From Lama glama (lineage: Eukaryota): a stretch of 64,000 nt of DNA. Positions within the stretch are counted from its first letter, which is position 1, and every line of letters starts with the position of its first letter. The notes beneath the pieces are model-generated. The model searched no databases. It saw only the letters and a program-made list of their open reading frames with translations, and was not told the origin of the DNA. The stretch spans positions 37,636,001 to 37,700,000 of the forward strand of contig CM052816.1 in assembly GCA_028534125.1 (NCBI GenBank), written 5' to 3'. The position numbers and the translations under genes are program-made. This document shows, one piece after another, positions 26,610-39,850 of the stretch.

Positions 26610-26850
26610 GGTAATAATAATTGTAGATAAGTCGTGACTAAATAACTAACACTTATTGTTCTGGGTATTGTGTGAAGTAACTTTTAAGCCTTATAAGGTG
26701 TATTTTTATTTTTATTTTATGGATGAGTTATCTGAAGCACAGAGAGGTTATATAACTTGCCAGTGGTTCTGTGGGCAGTGATCATGGTGATCGTGACCAG
26801 TGGAATTCAAGGGCAAGCAGACTCGCTCTAGAGTCAATACCCTTAACCTT
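26610..26850 (-). mobile_element. MIR SINE
   Basis: attttatggatgagttatctgaagcacagagaggttatataacttgcc...ggaattcaagggcaagcagactcgctctagagtc. Confidence 0.75.
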
Positions 26851-27769
26851 GAAAAATTTGAATAAGTATACAGGTAATAATACCAAAATGACACAGTGAG
26901 GCTACTCATTTATTTTAGAAAATATTTTGTATATAGACAATCATACTACCTAATAAACTTTTTACAACTTTTAGGCTTCAATCTTTACCAGAGTCAACTA
27001 AACCGATTAAAATGTTATTGTTATAGTTGATTAAATATCTACACGCCTCTAAATTTAACCTCTAACTTTATCAAAGAACGTTCACATTTTCTTAATAAGG
27101 CATATCACTTTTTAATAATTGTTTCTCCCTTGGGGCTAAAAAATTATTACAGCTTTTATGGTTTCATTAAAACCTGTGATTAGGAAAGCCGAAGTATTTT
27201 GAAACATCTCAGTTGTATTATTAGCAAAGCTCACTAAAACACAGGATGGCAGTTATTTCTGGTAAACAAATTGAAGATGAAAGTATAAAACACTGACCAG
27301 CCCTTCTCTTCAGAGTCCGTGTACTGTTCTGCTGGGCACCTGTGTTGAGGGTCTGATTCTGCTGTAATGACTGTGTGCTAAAATTTTAAACCAGGCACTT
27401 GGCAATTTAAAATTATATTCTGATTCCCTTTGTGAATATTTGCAGCTTCAACTGCCAATTTTAATTTACTCCACTGAGCAATTCTTCTATTAAAACCTCA
27501 ATAATTGTTAGGCCACTATAATAAAATCGTCAAACATTTTGCCTCCAAATACAGTATTTGTTTCAAGTAAACTTTTGGTACAGAAGCCATACTAATTTAT
27601 GTGCTCTAAAGTGTTAGGCAGATAATTAGAATCATTTTTTAACTTCCTGTGAACTTCCAATAGGATAAACAAAGTAAAGAGGAAAAACAATTAATTAAAC
27701 AGATGTGAGAAGAGGTTGCTATATATTTTACATATATGAAACATATATCCATACATATACACATTTTTG

Positions 27770-27915
27770 TTTGCTAAATAAAAGGGATTTTGTTGACCCA
27801 GGCTTCATTAACTTGTGCATGTACATGTATGTATATACGTATATACATTCATACACATTGTTTATGTGGTCTGAGTCAACAAAATGCCTTTTCTTTGACA
27901 ACTTTATTTAACAAA
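27770..27915. repeat. Imperfect long inverted repeat (palindrome)
   Basis: Left arm aaaagggattttgttgacccagg pairs with right arm ctgagtcaacaaaatgcctttt. The centre is a perfect 20-bp palindrome atgtatatacgtatatacat (27829-27848). Confidence 0.85.
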
Positions 27916-28149
27916 CTATAGCATATGACAAAAAATAATCAAAAGATGTATATTCTGGCTACAACAATACTGACATGTCATATAATTTTAGTTTCCTCCC
28001 AAGAGAGTCACAGTCCAAAAGGAAAGAAAGAGTAGTAAGTCAGGCCATTGTACTATTCTCATTTTCAGCCAACTCTTCCATAGAAACAAGTGAATGTTCT
28101 TAAATATAACAAACTTCCAACTTTTCTAGATGTTTTTATTGGCCTTTCT

Positions 28150-30400
28150 GGAGGTTTTAGAAAATATTCTCGGTGAATAAGTTACTAAATGGCGTATTTA
28201 CAAGGGCAGTGTTACTCTCATATTGAATTGAAATAAAATAATACATGATTGAGATTGAAAAACAAGTCACCTTTCTCCATGCTTTTTTCAGTTTCCAAAT
28301 TATGCCTTTCATCACTGGCTGATTTTCTAATTTTCTGGTATACCAGTTTTCTTTTGTAATATACTCTCTGTCTCTATCATTTGTTTCCCTACAAGATTAT
28401 ATTGAAATATATCTACTTATTTATTAGTTTTGTGCTTTGCTTTTCTTTTTCTTCATTTTCTCTTTTATATATGTGGTGAAGATACTTGAAGAAAAAATTC
28501 TCTGAATCACCCTTTTGGTTTCAGCATCTTAGGTAATGACTGAAAAATACCAATAACAAAGAAGTCAGGTAACTTATACACTTAATCATTTTCCAGTTTT
28601 AGAACTGAAGTGCATTGTTAGCCACTTCTGCAGGCTTTTCCAATGTGTCTTTGATTCTACTTGGGGAATTTTCTTCACCCTGATTCTTCTTCCCCTTTCA
28701 ATGGAAGGAAAATCACAGCCAATAGATTCACTGCAAATAGAGGCTGTTGACTTGAGAGTTTTCTTCCTTATACCCATGGATGCTGCTTTCCTTCTAACAC
28801 GTAGAACATGTTTGCCTAATCCCAACCTGGCCACCATTTATTGTCTACACTATTCTAAAGGGAGCTTACAAGTTCTTCAGGGTGATTCAAGCATATTGGC
28901 TGATTTTTATGTAGTTTTACCTATCATCCTGAGCATTACATTTTAGCCTCCCATCATCTTTGCTATTAGTGGCAAATAGATCCTAGAACTTTCCTCAAGT
29001 TTTCTGACCTATATGATCAAAATTTATTATATCAATAGTACAATCACCTCCATAGGGCAGTTCAGGACAAGTATAAGCTCCACTTTTTGATATGCATTTT
29101 TTTTTTTACCATATCCTAGTAATGTTTGCTATTTTTGTTTTCTGTGAAATCTATCCCTTAGTAACACTTTCTTTATGAAATTCTGAATATAATCTAAAAG
29201 CTCTTTATTTTCTTCTTCTTGTATGGTAATCTAGATGGACACGGAAGTCCAGTGTCAGCTAGATATTCCGTCAACTATTTGAACATGTTATTCACTTCTC
29301 CTCAGGCATCTAGTCTTGTTAAGGAGAAGTAATCTGTCAGTCTATTGAAGTGCTTTTGATTTTCTCTAAATTGAATGTTCTGCACCCTCTCTAGATGTAT
29401 ATGTGTAAGTACTGGATTTTTATAATGCTTAAAGATTGGTGTAAAGTCAGTGTAAGGATTTAATGTTCTCCTTAAACCTAGAAAACACTCGATATTATCT
29501 TACAATACTGCTAACACTTCTTTCTGTTTTCCCTCCAGATTTCTCATTATATCTGTAGCACGTTACCATCTCTTTCTATATTTTCCACCTTTCAAAATTC
29601 CTATACTACATTACATAGATTATTATTGCAAATCTATATATATTTTAAAAGCTATTTAAAATATTTTAATTACTGTATTTTTTTAATTTTAGGAATTATA
29701 TATTAAATATCTTCTTAATATAATTATCCAAGTTTTGATGGTATGCTGGCCACCAAATGAGTATTCAACTTCATTGGAAAAGCTGGCATAACGTCTTAAA
29801 CTCAATTCAGATAAGCATTTTTGAGCATTTTATCACACTACTTTTATAATTTCCTTTAGATTTCTGTTATATTTATTTCCTGGGGCTGCTGAGTCTCCTG
29901 GTTGTCACTCTCCCTCATGATAGTTTATTTCCTTATGAGGGGCGTGTTTTATTTTTGAGCTCATCGTCAGGAGAAGCACCAGTGTTTGTATTCCATATCA
30001 CTTAGTTCTAGAAACATTCTTTCAAAATCATTTTGCAGCTCTGGCTTACATTACTCTAAGACTGCAACTGAGTTTTAACATGTTGTAGGTCATTATCTTA
30101 GTCTTGGTTTCCACTCCCAAGGAGCAATGCAGTTCCAGATCTCACATCCATGAGTTATAGACACTCTGATTTTCTGTTTCTCAAGACTCTCCTTCCATGA
30201 CTTCAAGTGTGGGTCATCTAGTCTCAATTTTTCAGTCTTTAAGCAAATCAGGTCTTTATTCTAGCTACCTGCTTCTCCTAAGCCTAAGGTTATATCTTCT
30301 CTTCCAGGTAGCATTTAAAACCCTAGTCTGTAAGTTTCTAATCATATCTCCATAGACAACAAAATTTGAACATATACATATAATTCTGGTTTTTTGTTTC
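28150..30400 (-). mobile_element. Very old L1ME/HAL1-like fragments with interruptions
   Basis: T-rich decayed texture resembling antisense L1 ORF1/5' region. The family assignment is weak. Confidence 0.35.
29711..29815 (+). repeat. Copy 1 of a 105-bp local direct duplication
   Basis: Aligns without gaps to 36662-36766 with 10 mismatches (hand count). Confidence 0.93.
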
Positions 30401-30567
30401 ACTTGGTTTCTAGCATCAGTGGATTTCTTTTATCTCTTTAAACTGCGATTTTATATTACTTTTATGTTTTATGTCATGTTGACTGGGGATTTTTTTTTAT
30501 TTTATCAAAATTGGCTACTAGAACTTAACAACTGGAAACAAATAGGCAATGATTATCCTGTATTATT

Positions 30568-30597
30568 AAAAAAAAAAGAAGAAGAAGAAGAAGAAGA
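30568..30597. repeat. Poly-A followed by (GAA)n
   Basis: Directly visible. Confidence 0.9.
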
Positions 30598-32184
30598 TGG
30601 GCTGAAGCAATTATGTAGACTGGCATCTCTTTCCCTGATTGGTTGTCTGCTTGTGTACCCCAGTGACTGATGATCTGTCCTCTGGGCTTATTATTTGAAC
30701 TTTGGGGAAAAAAAGAGTATCACTGTAAAGGAGAACATAGTTAGGGGAAAGCCATGAAGAGCCAGCATTACACCTGCTTAGAATGCTCAGGATAAAGGAA
30801 ATGTTTGAGGGGTCAAGTGGACCCTGTGAAGAGAGTCCACTTTGAAATCACTTAGGATTCACCACTCAGGAGTCTGGCTGCTGAGCAGGGATGCTGTGGT
30901 GTAGACAGCTGTGGAACTGAAGAGACCATACTGGTTCACACTTCTTACATCAGGAAATTGTGCAGTGCGTCCTTTCCCTGTAGGGTTCTCTGAAGTATGC
31001 ACACATGTCATTCATTTGATAAACAGCTTTCTGTTCCTTGTCTCACAGAGAACACACACACCCAGCCTGTCTTAACCAAAGGAGAAACATCAGCAAACAG
31101 CGGTCGACAATAGTGGACAAATACATATGCCACACAGGGTACTTGCCTCTCGGATTTATTCCTCCCTCCCCCATGAACATGCCAGAGGAGAGGAAACCGA
31201 GAGAAAGAAATAGAGAAGGAGGAAGAGAAAGAGTTGGAGGGGGAGCCATCTGTAGTCTGTCTTTTCTCCCCAAGCCCTCTCAGTGCTGATGGGAGGGGGG
31301 GAAAGCCCATATTAATGGAACATGGAGTAGATTTTTATAATTTGACAGGGCTTCTTACAGACTTGAACATGAGCACAAAGTAATGGAAACGACACAAAAT
31401 GTAGTTAAGGGACAGTAAAAGGAGATTCAAGGAAGCATGATAGAAGGCAGTGATTGGAGAAAAAATTAAAATCAATCCATTTTGATGAACTGTGCAATGA
31501 AGCAGTTACGTACGCTTCTTTACTGAGAGTGAGGCTTGTCTTCGTCAGCTCAGTCCTTCTTATTGATGGCATGTCATTTATTTTATAAATGACATCATCT
31601 TGAGTGTGGTGAGAATAGCATTTTGCAGATTTTTCCAGTCAATTTTGACAATGTTGATTTATGTTAAGGATTACATTTTTGAAACACAATGCAAGTTAAA
31701 AATATTGAACTTTTAAAGGAAAGCAAATGTATGATAAAGCATTTATTACCAGGAGTAAATGCGTGTTATTAAGCTTTAAGAACCGCCCTCAGAGACATGG
31801 GGCGTTTCTGCCAGTTAGACTACTAGGTTCACATTTTTACACTGAGCTGGTTCCTCATTCACCCTTTTCTTATTTACAAGTAGACCTCAGCATTGGGCCA
31901 TTTGTCTTTCTCACTGCTGTGAAGCCTGAATTCTACCCACAAGTCCCAACTTTTTTCTTTTCTTCTTTCTCCAGATACAAGCACGTGAAATCTATTTTCA
32001 AAAGCATTTTTAGTACAAAATATAATATTAGGACCTATGTATGACGACAGAAATTAACAAAAGTGAAAATAAGAAAATTATAGACACTGCTAAACATTTT
32101 AGAAAAGTAGCTTATTAAAATGAAGATAATGTTGTGTTGATTAGGAGCATGTGATTTGTATCCTAATTTTCCAAACACTAATGT

Positions 32185-32295
32185 GCTTTGGAAGAACCTA
32201 AATTCGAACCCTAGCACCATATTTACTAGTTGGGTGGCTTTAGGCAAATCACCATACTTTTGAATCATGCATTGACTTATGGTGAAGAGTAAAAC
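32185..32295 (+). mobile_element. MIR core fragment
   Basis: cctaaattcgaaccctagcaccatatttactagttgggtggctttaggcaaatcac. Confidence 0.6.
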
Positions 32296-33805
32296 CTACG
32301 TGGTGCGGGAGGGGAGGGGGAAGGGAGGAGAGTATTCATGTGTATTTAGATGCATAGATCGGTATTTAGATAGTGTTTTTAGTGTAGGGCAGGTGGTAGA
32401 CAGACATACAGTAAAGGATAGTTCATTTTCCACAAACACTTCTTGAGTGTTAACTCTTCCCTTTGAGTCAAGAAACAAGAAATTCAGATCAGCAGCACAC
32501 AAATAGGGCCAGTTCTTGGGAACAAGGTGAGCTCTTTTGGAACCACATATCCTCAAGTAGACAAAACAAACAGGCAAGCAAGAAAGCTCATTTTTTTGAA
32601 ATACTAGATGATGAAATTTTCCCCTTCATGGAAGAGGTAGACCAGTACTGGCACTGAGAATTCCAGTGACAAAAACTCAAGCCAGATTAAAAAAAAAAAA
32701 GATAGGCTTTCTCAATATACTACTCCTGATTTTCCCATAATAGGACCACAAGGATTATCACGTGTATTTTACAGGTCCTCGTGACATCTTTCAACACATT
32801 TAACCAATGTGTATTAAGTGCTACTGTGCACAACGATTTTAATTGTTCCTGAACTGTCTAGACTTCATATCCTGAGCATTCACTATTCACTATTGTATTT
32901 ATTTCTTTCTTTGAATATTTTTTAACCTGAATGCATTTTCAGCCTGATTTTACACATCTTCCCTAGTGGCATAACCTTCAGCTTTATCATCATAGGTCAT
33001 AGAAGGGCCTGTTCTCAACACTCACTGTATTATAATGGGTTATGAGTTATGTCACTGTGGACCCCAAGGCCATGGTAACGAAAGTATATTTGCTTTTATC
33101 AAGTACTTGAGGATTTAGAAAACACACCTAGGACCTTTTACTCCTAGGTCATTTCCATTTTGATTACAGCATTCTACATCCTCAGTCATTCCATTTAATT
33201 CACACCCAGGGCCTGACATTTTCAGTATCTATGGGTTTAGGCCTTAAAATTTTTGTTGGAATGTAACCATGTTAACTAGGAGGGAACTGAATTTAGCAAT
33301 GGTACCTTATGCTGCTTAAACACTAGCATATTATTAAGGTAATTTTAGTTACAGGTCAAACTGCAGTAATGTGTTCTTAAATTTGAAAGTTAAAAAGTTG
33401 TGATACTGACGCATATTAGTAGGATAAATAATTTGACCTGAGAAAGTATGGAAATGGCAGAAATGTGATGTGGCCAGGTTGCACTCAGTATCTCAAGGGG
33501 CAAGTCCTGCATTCCTGAGGATGGGGAGATGAGGGAAGCGAGGTGTGGTCTTAAGGAGACGTAGTGCCGTAACAAGGAAACAGAGACAGGAATCAAAAAT
33601 TAATAGCATTTAATTGACCTGTTTTTCCCTAGGTCCTGTGCCTGGTCCATGCCCCCTTTTTATTACAATTTTAAACAGCTTGGGGACCACTGACTTTGAG
33701 CAGATTTTCCTCCTTTCTTGGTCTATCTTATATATGCTTTCATCTCTATTATCAGAGGTCATCACTCTTAGGGCTTTGATTTCTGAAAACTTTCCATGTC
33801 CCATT

Positions 33806-33970
33806 GTCTCCCTCTGTCTCTGTCTCTCTCTCTTCCTTCCATCTCTCTCCCTATATATATATATTCCTCTCTCTTTCTTTTTCTCCCTGTATTTCTCTCG
33901 CTCTCTTCCTCTCGCTCTCTCCCTCTCTTTCCCTCTTTCTCTCTCTGTCTCCACACACACACACACACAC
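33806..33970. repeat. Compound (CT)n/(TA)n/(CA)n low-complexity tract
   Basis: Directly visible. Confidence 0.92.
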
Positions 33971-36661
33971 GTATAAATGAATCTCAATGGACAGGGTATT
34001 GGATTTAGGAAACAGCAATAGTTACTCGCACCTAGAGAGAGGGAGCTGAGTCAGGGCCATCCATTAGATAAAAGTAGCCAGCTGCTAGAAGTCACAGAAG
34101 TCAAAGGAATGATGATCTTGACTATACTTCCAATCTAACTCTCATTTGCTGCCTGTGCTCCCCATTGACAAGCCCCTATTCCCCAGAAGCCACAGAGCAA
34201 CAGACATCAATGACACATCCCATATAGTCACAAAGCAGGTAGAGAACCTTAGAGGGGGATCTAGAGGGGTGAATGGAAGGTATCTGGTACAGAATGAATA
34301 TTGTCAGCAGTTACTTCACAGTATTCAGGCAAATTTATTCATCAAATTAAAAATAAAATTATAATAGGTTTACCTTTTATTATACTTATCTGACATATTT
34401 GTTCCTCATATTTGTTCTCAAATATGTATTACCGGGAAAGAATATCCAGAGTATATATTCAGTGATGAACTGATAAACGTCACATAATGGAGGAAAATAA
34501 CAGCCTTTTGGTTGCTTCAGACACTGATGGTGCTCACTCACTTTGGGGAATTCATCATGAGAAATTTTACAAAGGTATTTATCTAATCCAAGAGAACCGA
34601 GTGATCAAAAGAGCAGAACACTTAAATTAGCTCCTTGTTCATACTACCTTAAATATTTTAACAGCATGCTAAATAAAAAGAATTAGAGTAGGTGAAATAA
34701 TTTTTTTAATTTTACCCCCAAAGGTAAATTTATATCGTTCTCCTTATTTTTTTCCCCCATCAGGTGCTGTGCTTGAAATAAATTAGTTGTAAGCCAAAGA
34801 TTAAAAGAGAAACAACCAAATAAACAACTTGATTTCAACTTCATTATGTCTCTGGCATTAAATGTGATAAGGTTACAAGATTTATTGCCCACGTAAAGTT
34901 TAGAATAACTATATTTCTCTAGCATCAAGAGAAGCAAATTCATAGATTTTGATTGTTGTCCTATGGCTTTGTAAGTTACTAACATTTGAATATGGGTGCA
35001 ATTATATTATGGGAACACAATGTATAATTTTTGCAATGCTTTTTTCAATCTAAAATTATTTAAAAATAGAAAACTAAAAATCAACAACTACCAAAACCAA
35101 CTGTCTTAATCCTAAATTATTTTTGTTAATATGTAAGTTAAAAGCACTATTTGCAGAAGTACAAATCTTCTGACTAAAATACCTTTGTTTTGGGAAAGAG
35201 CAAATAGAAAAGTAGCAGTTATGAATTTATTAGACAAATCCCCTTGCAGGAATGTTTACTCTAAAAGCCTAAAAAATGAAAACAAAAATATATTGAGCTA
35301 ACAATTTATAAATTTCAAAAATATTCCTGCATATTTGATACGAGGTTCTAGGGTTTGATTTTCTGGTCTTTTGAAAAGAGAAATATGTTTGTGTCAGATT
35401 TTGAGATGGAATTTTTTTTGCATGAGACAAAAGGTGGAATGATATTGGAAACTATATTTTAGGAAACAGTTTTAATAACAATTGACCATGAAATATAATA
35501 AAAGCAAAAACATCAACCTGATTGTCAGTGACTTAAATGACTCCCATCAAAGTCATTTTTTTGACAGCAGAGTGAAAATATAAATTGTGTATTTACACTC
35601 ACTATATTTATTTTTTTGGAACAAAAAAATTCCTTAATTCAGCCATTTCCTTAACTCAGAACAACGAGTCACTTAGAGAATTACAGTGAAAAGAGCAGAG
35701 TGGTTTCAGTTCTCCTACTATTTACTTTTAACCTGAAGCAGGTAGTTTTTATTTAAGGCTCTGTCTTTTTTTTTTTTTAAGATAAGATAAGGAGGTTAAA
35801 TTTCATTATAGAATTATCAAGTAACTTAAAGAAAAAATATATGAAAGCTAGTTGTAAACCCAAAGATCAATGCCAGCGTTAAAATTACTGCTTATACTTC
35901 TATAATGATTTATGAGAATAACAGCAGTAACATTTATGCCAACAAACACGATGCAGAGTGGAAAAAATTTATTGTTATTTGCACGAGAGCCCTTCCGACA
36001 AGTTTCAGGATTAGCTTGGAGATGTGTAGCCAAGACATTTGTGAAATATTCACCTCAAAATCCAGGTAAAATTGACCTGAAATTTTAACTCCGTGATCTG
36101 GAGGAATGCAAAGCACTCTCCTCCGTGTCTGCAAGTTCCTAGGGTCATGTTTTCAAACTACTGTCTGCGCCTGGCACCTGTGTTCTCACAAGGCAACTGT
36201 CTTTGCCTACATCAGCCTGGAGGTGAAGTTCACTTCTGCTGTTCTTTGGCATATATCACACACACATATATCTCGGATTCTGGAATAGAGTAAAATGTGC
36301 ATTTATGGGTCACAAACATGATTCATACTGCACACAGCTGGTACATTCCTCTCTGTTTTCACTCCCTCATCTTCTTACTTTTTCCTAGATACCTTTCTTC
36401 AAAGGACCAACATTCTGTTAGTTATGGTCAGACTCTGTGAAAACTTAGGGTTTTCATATTCAACATTATATATTATAAACATTTGTATATATTACATTTA
36501 TATATAATAGCAGTTTTATAAAGAAATATGTGTGTATATAATTTATAAATGTATGCATAAATATAATTTTGTGTGTATATATATATACGTATGTATATAC
36601 ACATACACAGTTTTTTTTTCTTAGATGAATTATGTTGCTAGTGGTTGAGGTAAAAAAAAAT

Positions 36662-36766
36662 CTTCTTAATGTAATCATCCAAGTTTTGATGATATGTTGG
36701 CCAACTAACGAGTATTCAACTTCATTGGAAAAGCTGGCATACCGTCTTAAATTTAATTCAGATAAG
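36662..36766 (+). repeat. Copy 2 of the 105-bp local direct duplication
   Basis: Shares an identical 32-bp core gagtattcaacttcattggaaaagctggcata with 29711-29815. Confidence 0.93.
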
Positions 36767-37179
36767 AATTCTTTCAAAAATATGTTATAAATTATCACTG
36801 GCTATAGTAGAATTTTTTTCTAACCTCATTTTAAGTGTCAATTTTCCAGTTATCATAAAATAGTGAATATCAACCAAAACTTCTCGTTTATGAGTAGTGG
36901 AGAGTGAGCTTTAGTGTTTTATTTGACTTTAACATGCCATTTTTGTCTTTCAAGTTTCAGATGTCCCAACCCATTATAGTATTTTATATCCATATATTTT
37001 TGTCTGTGTGCTCAGCATAGTACCTTGTGGCTTTCAAGTAGAATTCAGTTAGGAAGACAGAAGCCATTGTAGTCATTTCAAGAGGATGGGTTTTCATATC
37101 AAGAATAGAGTCTTAAAACATATGGACATGGTTAGGACAGTAATTGTCAGGGACTCCACAATTGAGTGTTCAGGTAACT

Positions 37180-37948
37180 AGGAAAGCAGTATGTAGGTTA
37201 TTCAAGAAATTAAAAATAGAATTACCATATGATCCAGTAATCTTCCTTCTAGATATGTATCCAAAGGAAATGAAACCATTATCTTGAAGAGATATCTGAA
37301 CTCCTGTATTCACTGCAGCATTATTCATTGTAGCCAAGTTATGGAAACAAATTGTCTCAATGGATGAATGGATAAAGAAAATGTAATATATATATATATA
37401 CACACACATATATATATACACACCCACACACATATAAACACAATGAAATATTGTTCTGCCTTAAAAAGGAAGGGAATCCTGTTATTTGCAACAACATAGA
37501 TGAAGCCGGAGGGCATTGTGCTAAGTGAAATAAGTCAGAGAATGACAAATACTGTATAGTATCATTTCTATTTGGAATCTGAAAAAAAGAAAAGTTGGAC
37601 TCATAGACACAGAGTAGAATGGTGGTTGTCAGGGAGTGGTGGGTGATGGAAAGAGGGAGAGATTGGTAAAAGGGTTCAAACCACAACTATAAGTTGAGTA
37701 AGGTCTGAGGATCTAATGTATGTCATGGAGACTATGGTTGCTGTCACTGTGTTGTAGAATTGAAATTAGCTGAGACAATAATGAGGACTTAAATGTTCTC
37801 ACCAAAAAAAAAAAAAAAAAAAAAGAACAAGTAAGTGAGGTGGTGGATGTTATTTAACCAGATACATATATCAAGTCATCATGTTGTACAATTTAGATAT
37901 ATTAGATATATTTTTCAATTATACCTCAGTAGAGCTGAATAAAAAAGA
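37180..37948 (+). mobile_element. LINE-1 3' end (L1MA/MB-like), 5'-truncated
   Basis: aaattaaaaatagaattaccatatgatccag...tggatgaatggataaagaaaatgt...gctaagtgaaataagtcag...tcaattatacctcagtagagctgaataaaaaag. Confidence 0.92.
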
Positions 37949-37949
37949 A

Positions 37950-38035
37950 ATTTTGCACAAACAGGTATGAAGTGGTGGAGCTGGATTTCAAACCCAGGCA
38001 GCTTGGATCCAGAATCTACACTTTAAACCACTAAT
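37950..38035 (-). mobile_element. MIR fragment
   Basis: agtggtggagctggatttcaaacccaggcagcttggatccagaatctacactttaaaccact. Confidence 0.7.
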
Positions 38036-39850
38036 CCTTACTGACAGAAGCTGTTCTCTGAAATTACATCTTAATGGCTTTACAACATATTATGCTTATA
38101 GAAGAACGTAAGGGCATTAATTAAATTCCAGGCTGCCGCAGAAACATATAGCTTAGGGACATCCCTTCTTTTGTGGGTTCCAAGCAATGAAAAGATTGTT
38201 TGAGCTGCAACTGTTTATAAATACCATGTCATGTGGAACTTTCGGGAGTCAGCTCCCAATATGCTAATGTAAGCTGCTATAAATGAGCAGTTTAACAAAC
38301 CTCAATGGAGCAAACTTCATGAGCACCTCACAGACATCTAGCTCTTCATGAGAGCAAAAAGAACAGCGAATTCTTGAAATACTTGATGACTACAAGGCAG
38401 GTTTTTTTTTTTTTTTACCCTCTCTGACATAGGGTCCTCCCAAAAGGGATGTGAGTATATCCTTTTCTTAATGCATGAATCTATTTAAAATATATATCCC
38501 TGATAATTTTGAACATTTAAAGTTACACAACACGTATTAGGAAAAAAGCAATCAATATTTGAATTGTCCAATAGATAAAGTGTAGCAAAGGGAAGGGAGT
38601 CACACGGGTATTCCAAGAAGAGAAAAACAGGGAAGCCTGTTGCACAGTGAAGCTAGCGATATTTGAAAAGTTGATTTTTAATTGTATATAATTAGTTGAT
38701 CGTTAGTTGTCACGGAGTTCCAAATGATCAGACTCTGGGGAAAATAATTATGTTATGAAAAGGTTTGGCTATTATAAACTAAATTTCATAACTGTGTTAT
38801 TTTTTCTTGCCTCTCGTTTATTTTGGTCATGTTGCCAACTAACGTAAAGAGTTATTTTCTCCTAATAGTAAAATAGATGCTTGGGTAAAGACATGCCAAA
38901 TGCGTATTTTAGAATGTTATAACAGGTAGAGAAATAACTCTGTAATTCTTTGTTTCATTGTTTTAAATCTTTTTTATTATTATTCATACATTTTACAAGT
39001 TTAAAGTACTGCCCTTTTATAGTTTCCCTAGTTTAAATTTCCAGACGTTAATGGAAATACTAAAACAAAATATGATAAAAATAGTTCTTAAATAATTCCC
39101 AAGAGAGCTCCTAAGACTGACTTTATCTATTCCTTGCAGGCACAGCCTTAACATATCATAAGATGTGAACTCTATTTAGCTGACACTTTGGTGGTGTAAG
39201 TGTTTTTCACAAGTAATCAGCACCTGAATAATCAAAGGTGTGTACCATCCATCAGCTTTAATGAAGCATTAAAATACTTTAATGGAACTGAGGGTAATTA
39301 GAAAGTCTCTTATGCAGTTCATCTACTAACAAGAACATTTTCAGGATTAATAATAGTGGAGTGAATTTTCCAACAAGGAATGGGCCCTTACTTTACTTCA
39401 GCAATCTCATTTGTAAAACTAGAATTGTTTTATGTGTTTCAAGGGAATGTTGGGTGTAATTAATGATTAAACTGTGGTAAGGTATTAATAGTTCCTTAGC
39501 TGACATTATAAATCTGTTGTTCTTCCTTAAGGATCAGTCATAACAGAGAAAAGGAAAAATACAGGTTTCCAAAGATTCAAAATTGCATGTGAAAGAATAT
39601 ATAGTGCCTCAGAGAGGATACGCTACCCTACATATATTTGGCATTTATCTAATAATGCCCTGAAGACAATGGAATAGGATAAAATCAACCGTGAATTAAC
39701 AGATTATGTAAAATAATTTAACAAAATGAAGTTGTATGACTGACATTCAACATTATTTTTGTAACTACATGAAAATTAACCATTTCTCCAACAAAGAATA
39801 TTAACTCAACTGAAAGGCAGAATTAGTAAATGAGCTTATTGTTGATCCAG

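Noticed and set aside
33610..34008. Overlapping 66-125 aa ORFs rich in RE/SL/HT repeats
   Set aside because: Artefacts of the (CT)n/(CA)n microsatellite.
36466..36798. 110-aa minus-strand ORF spanning duplicate copy 2; idea of mutually exclusive coding exons
   Set aside because: No splice sites bracket either copy, and half of the ORF is (TA)n low-complexity sequence.
39140..39195. Strong acceptor and gtaagt donor flanking ~56 nt
   Set aside because: Stops in all three frames. It also shows how common chance exon-like segments are, which tempers the exon findings.
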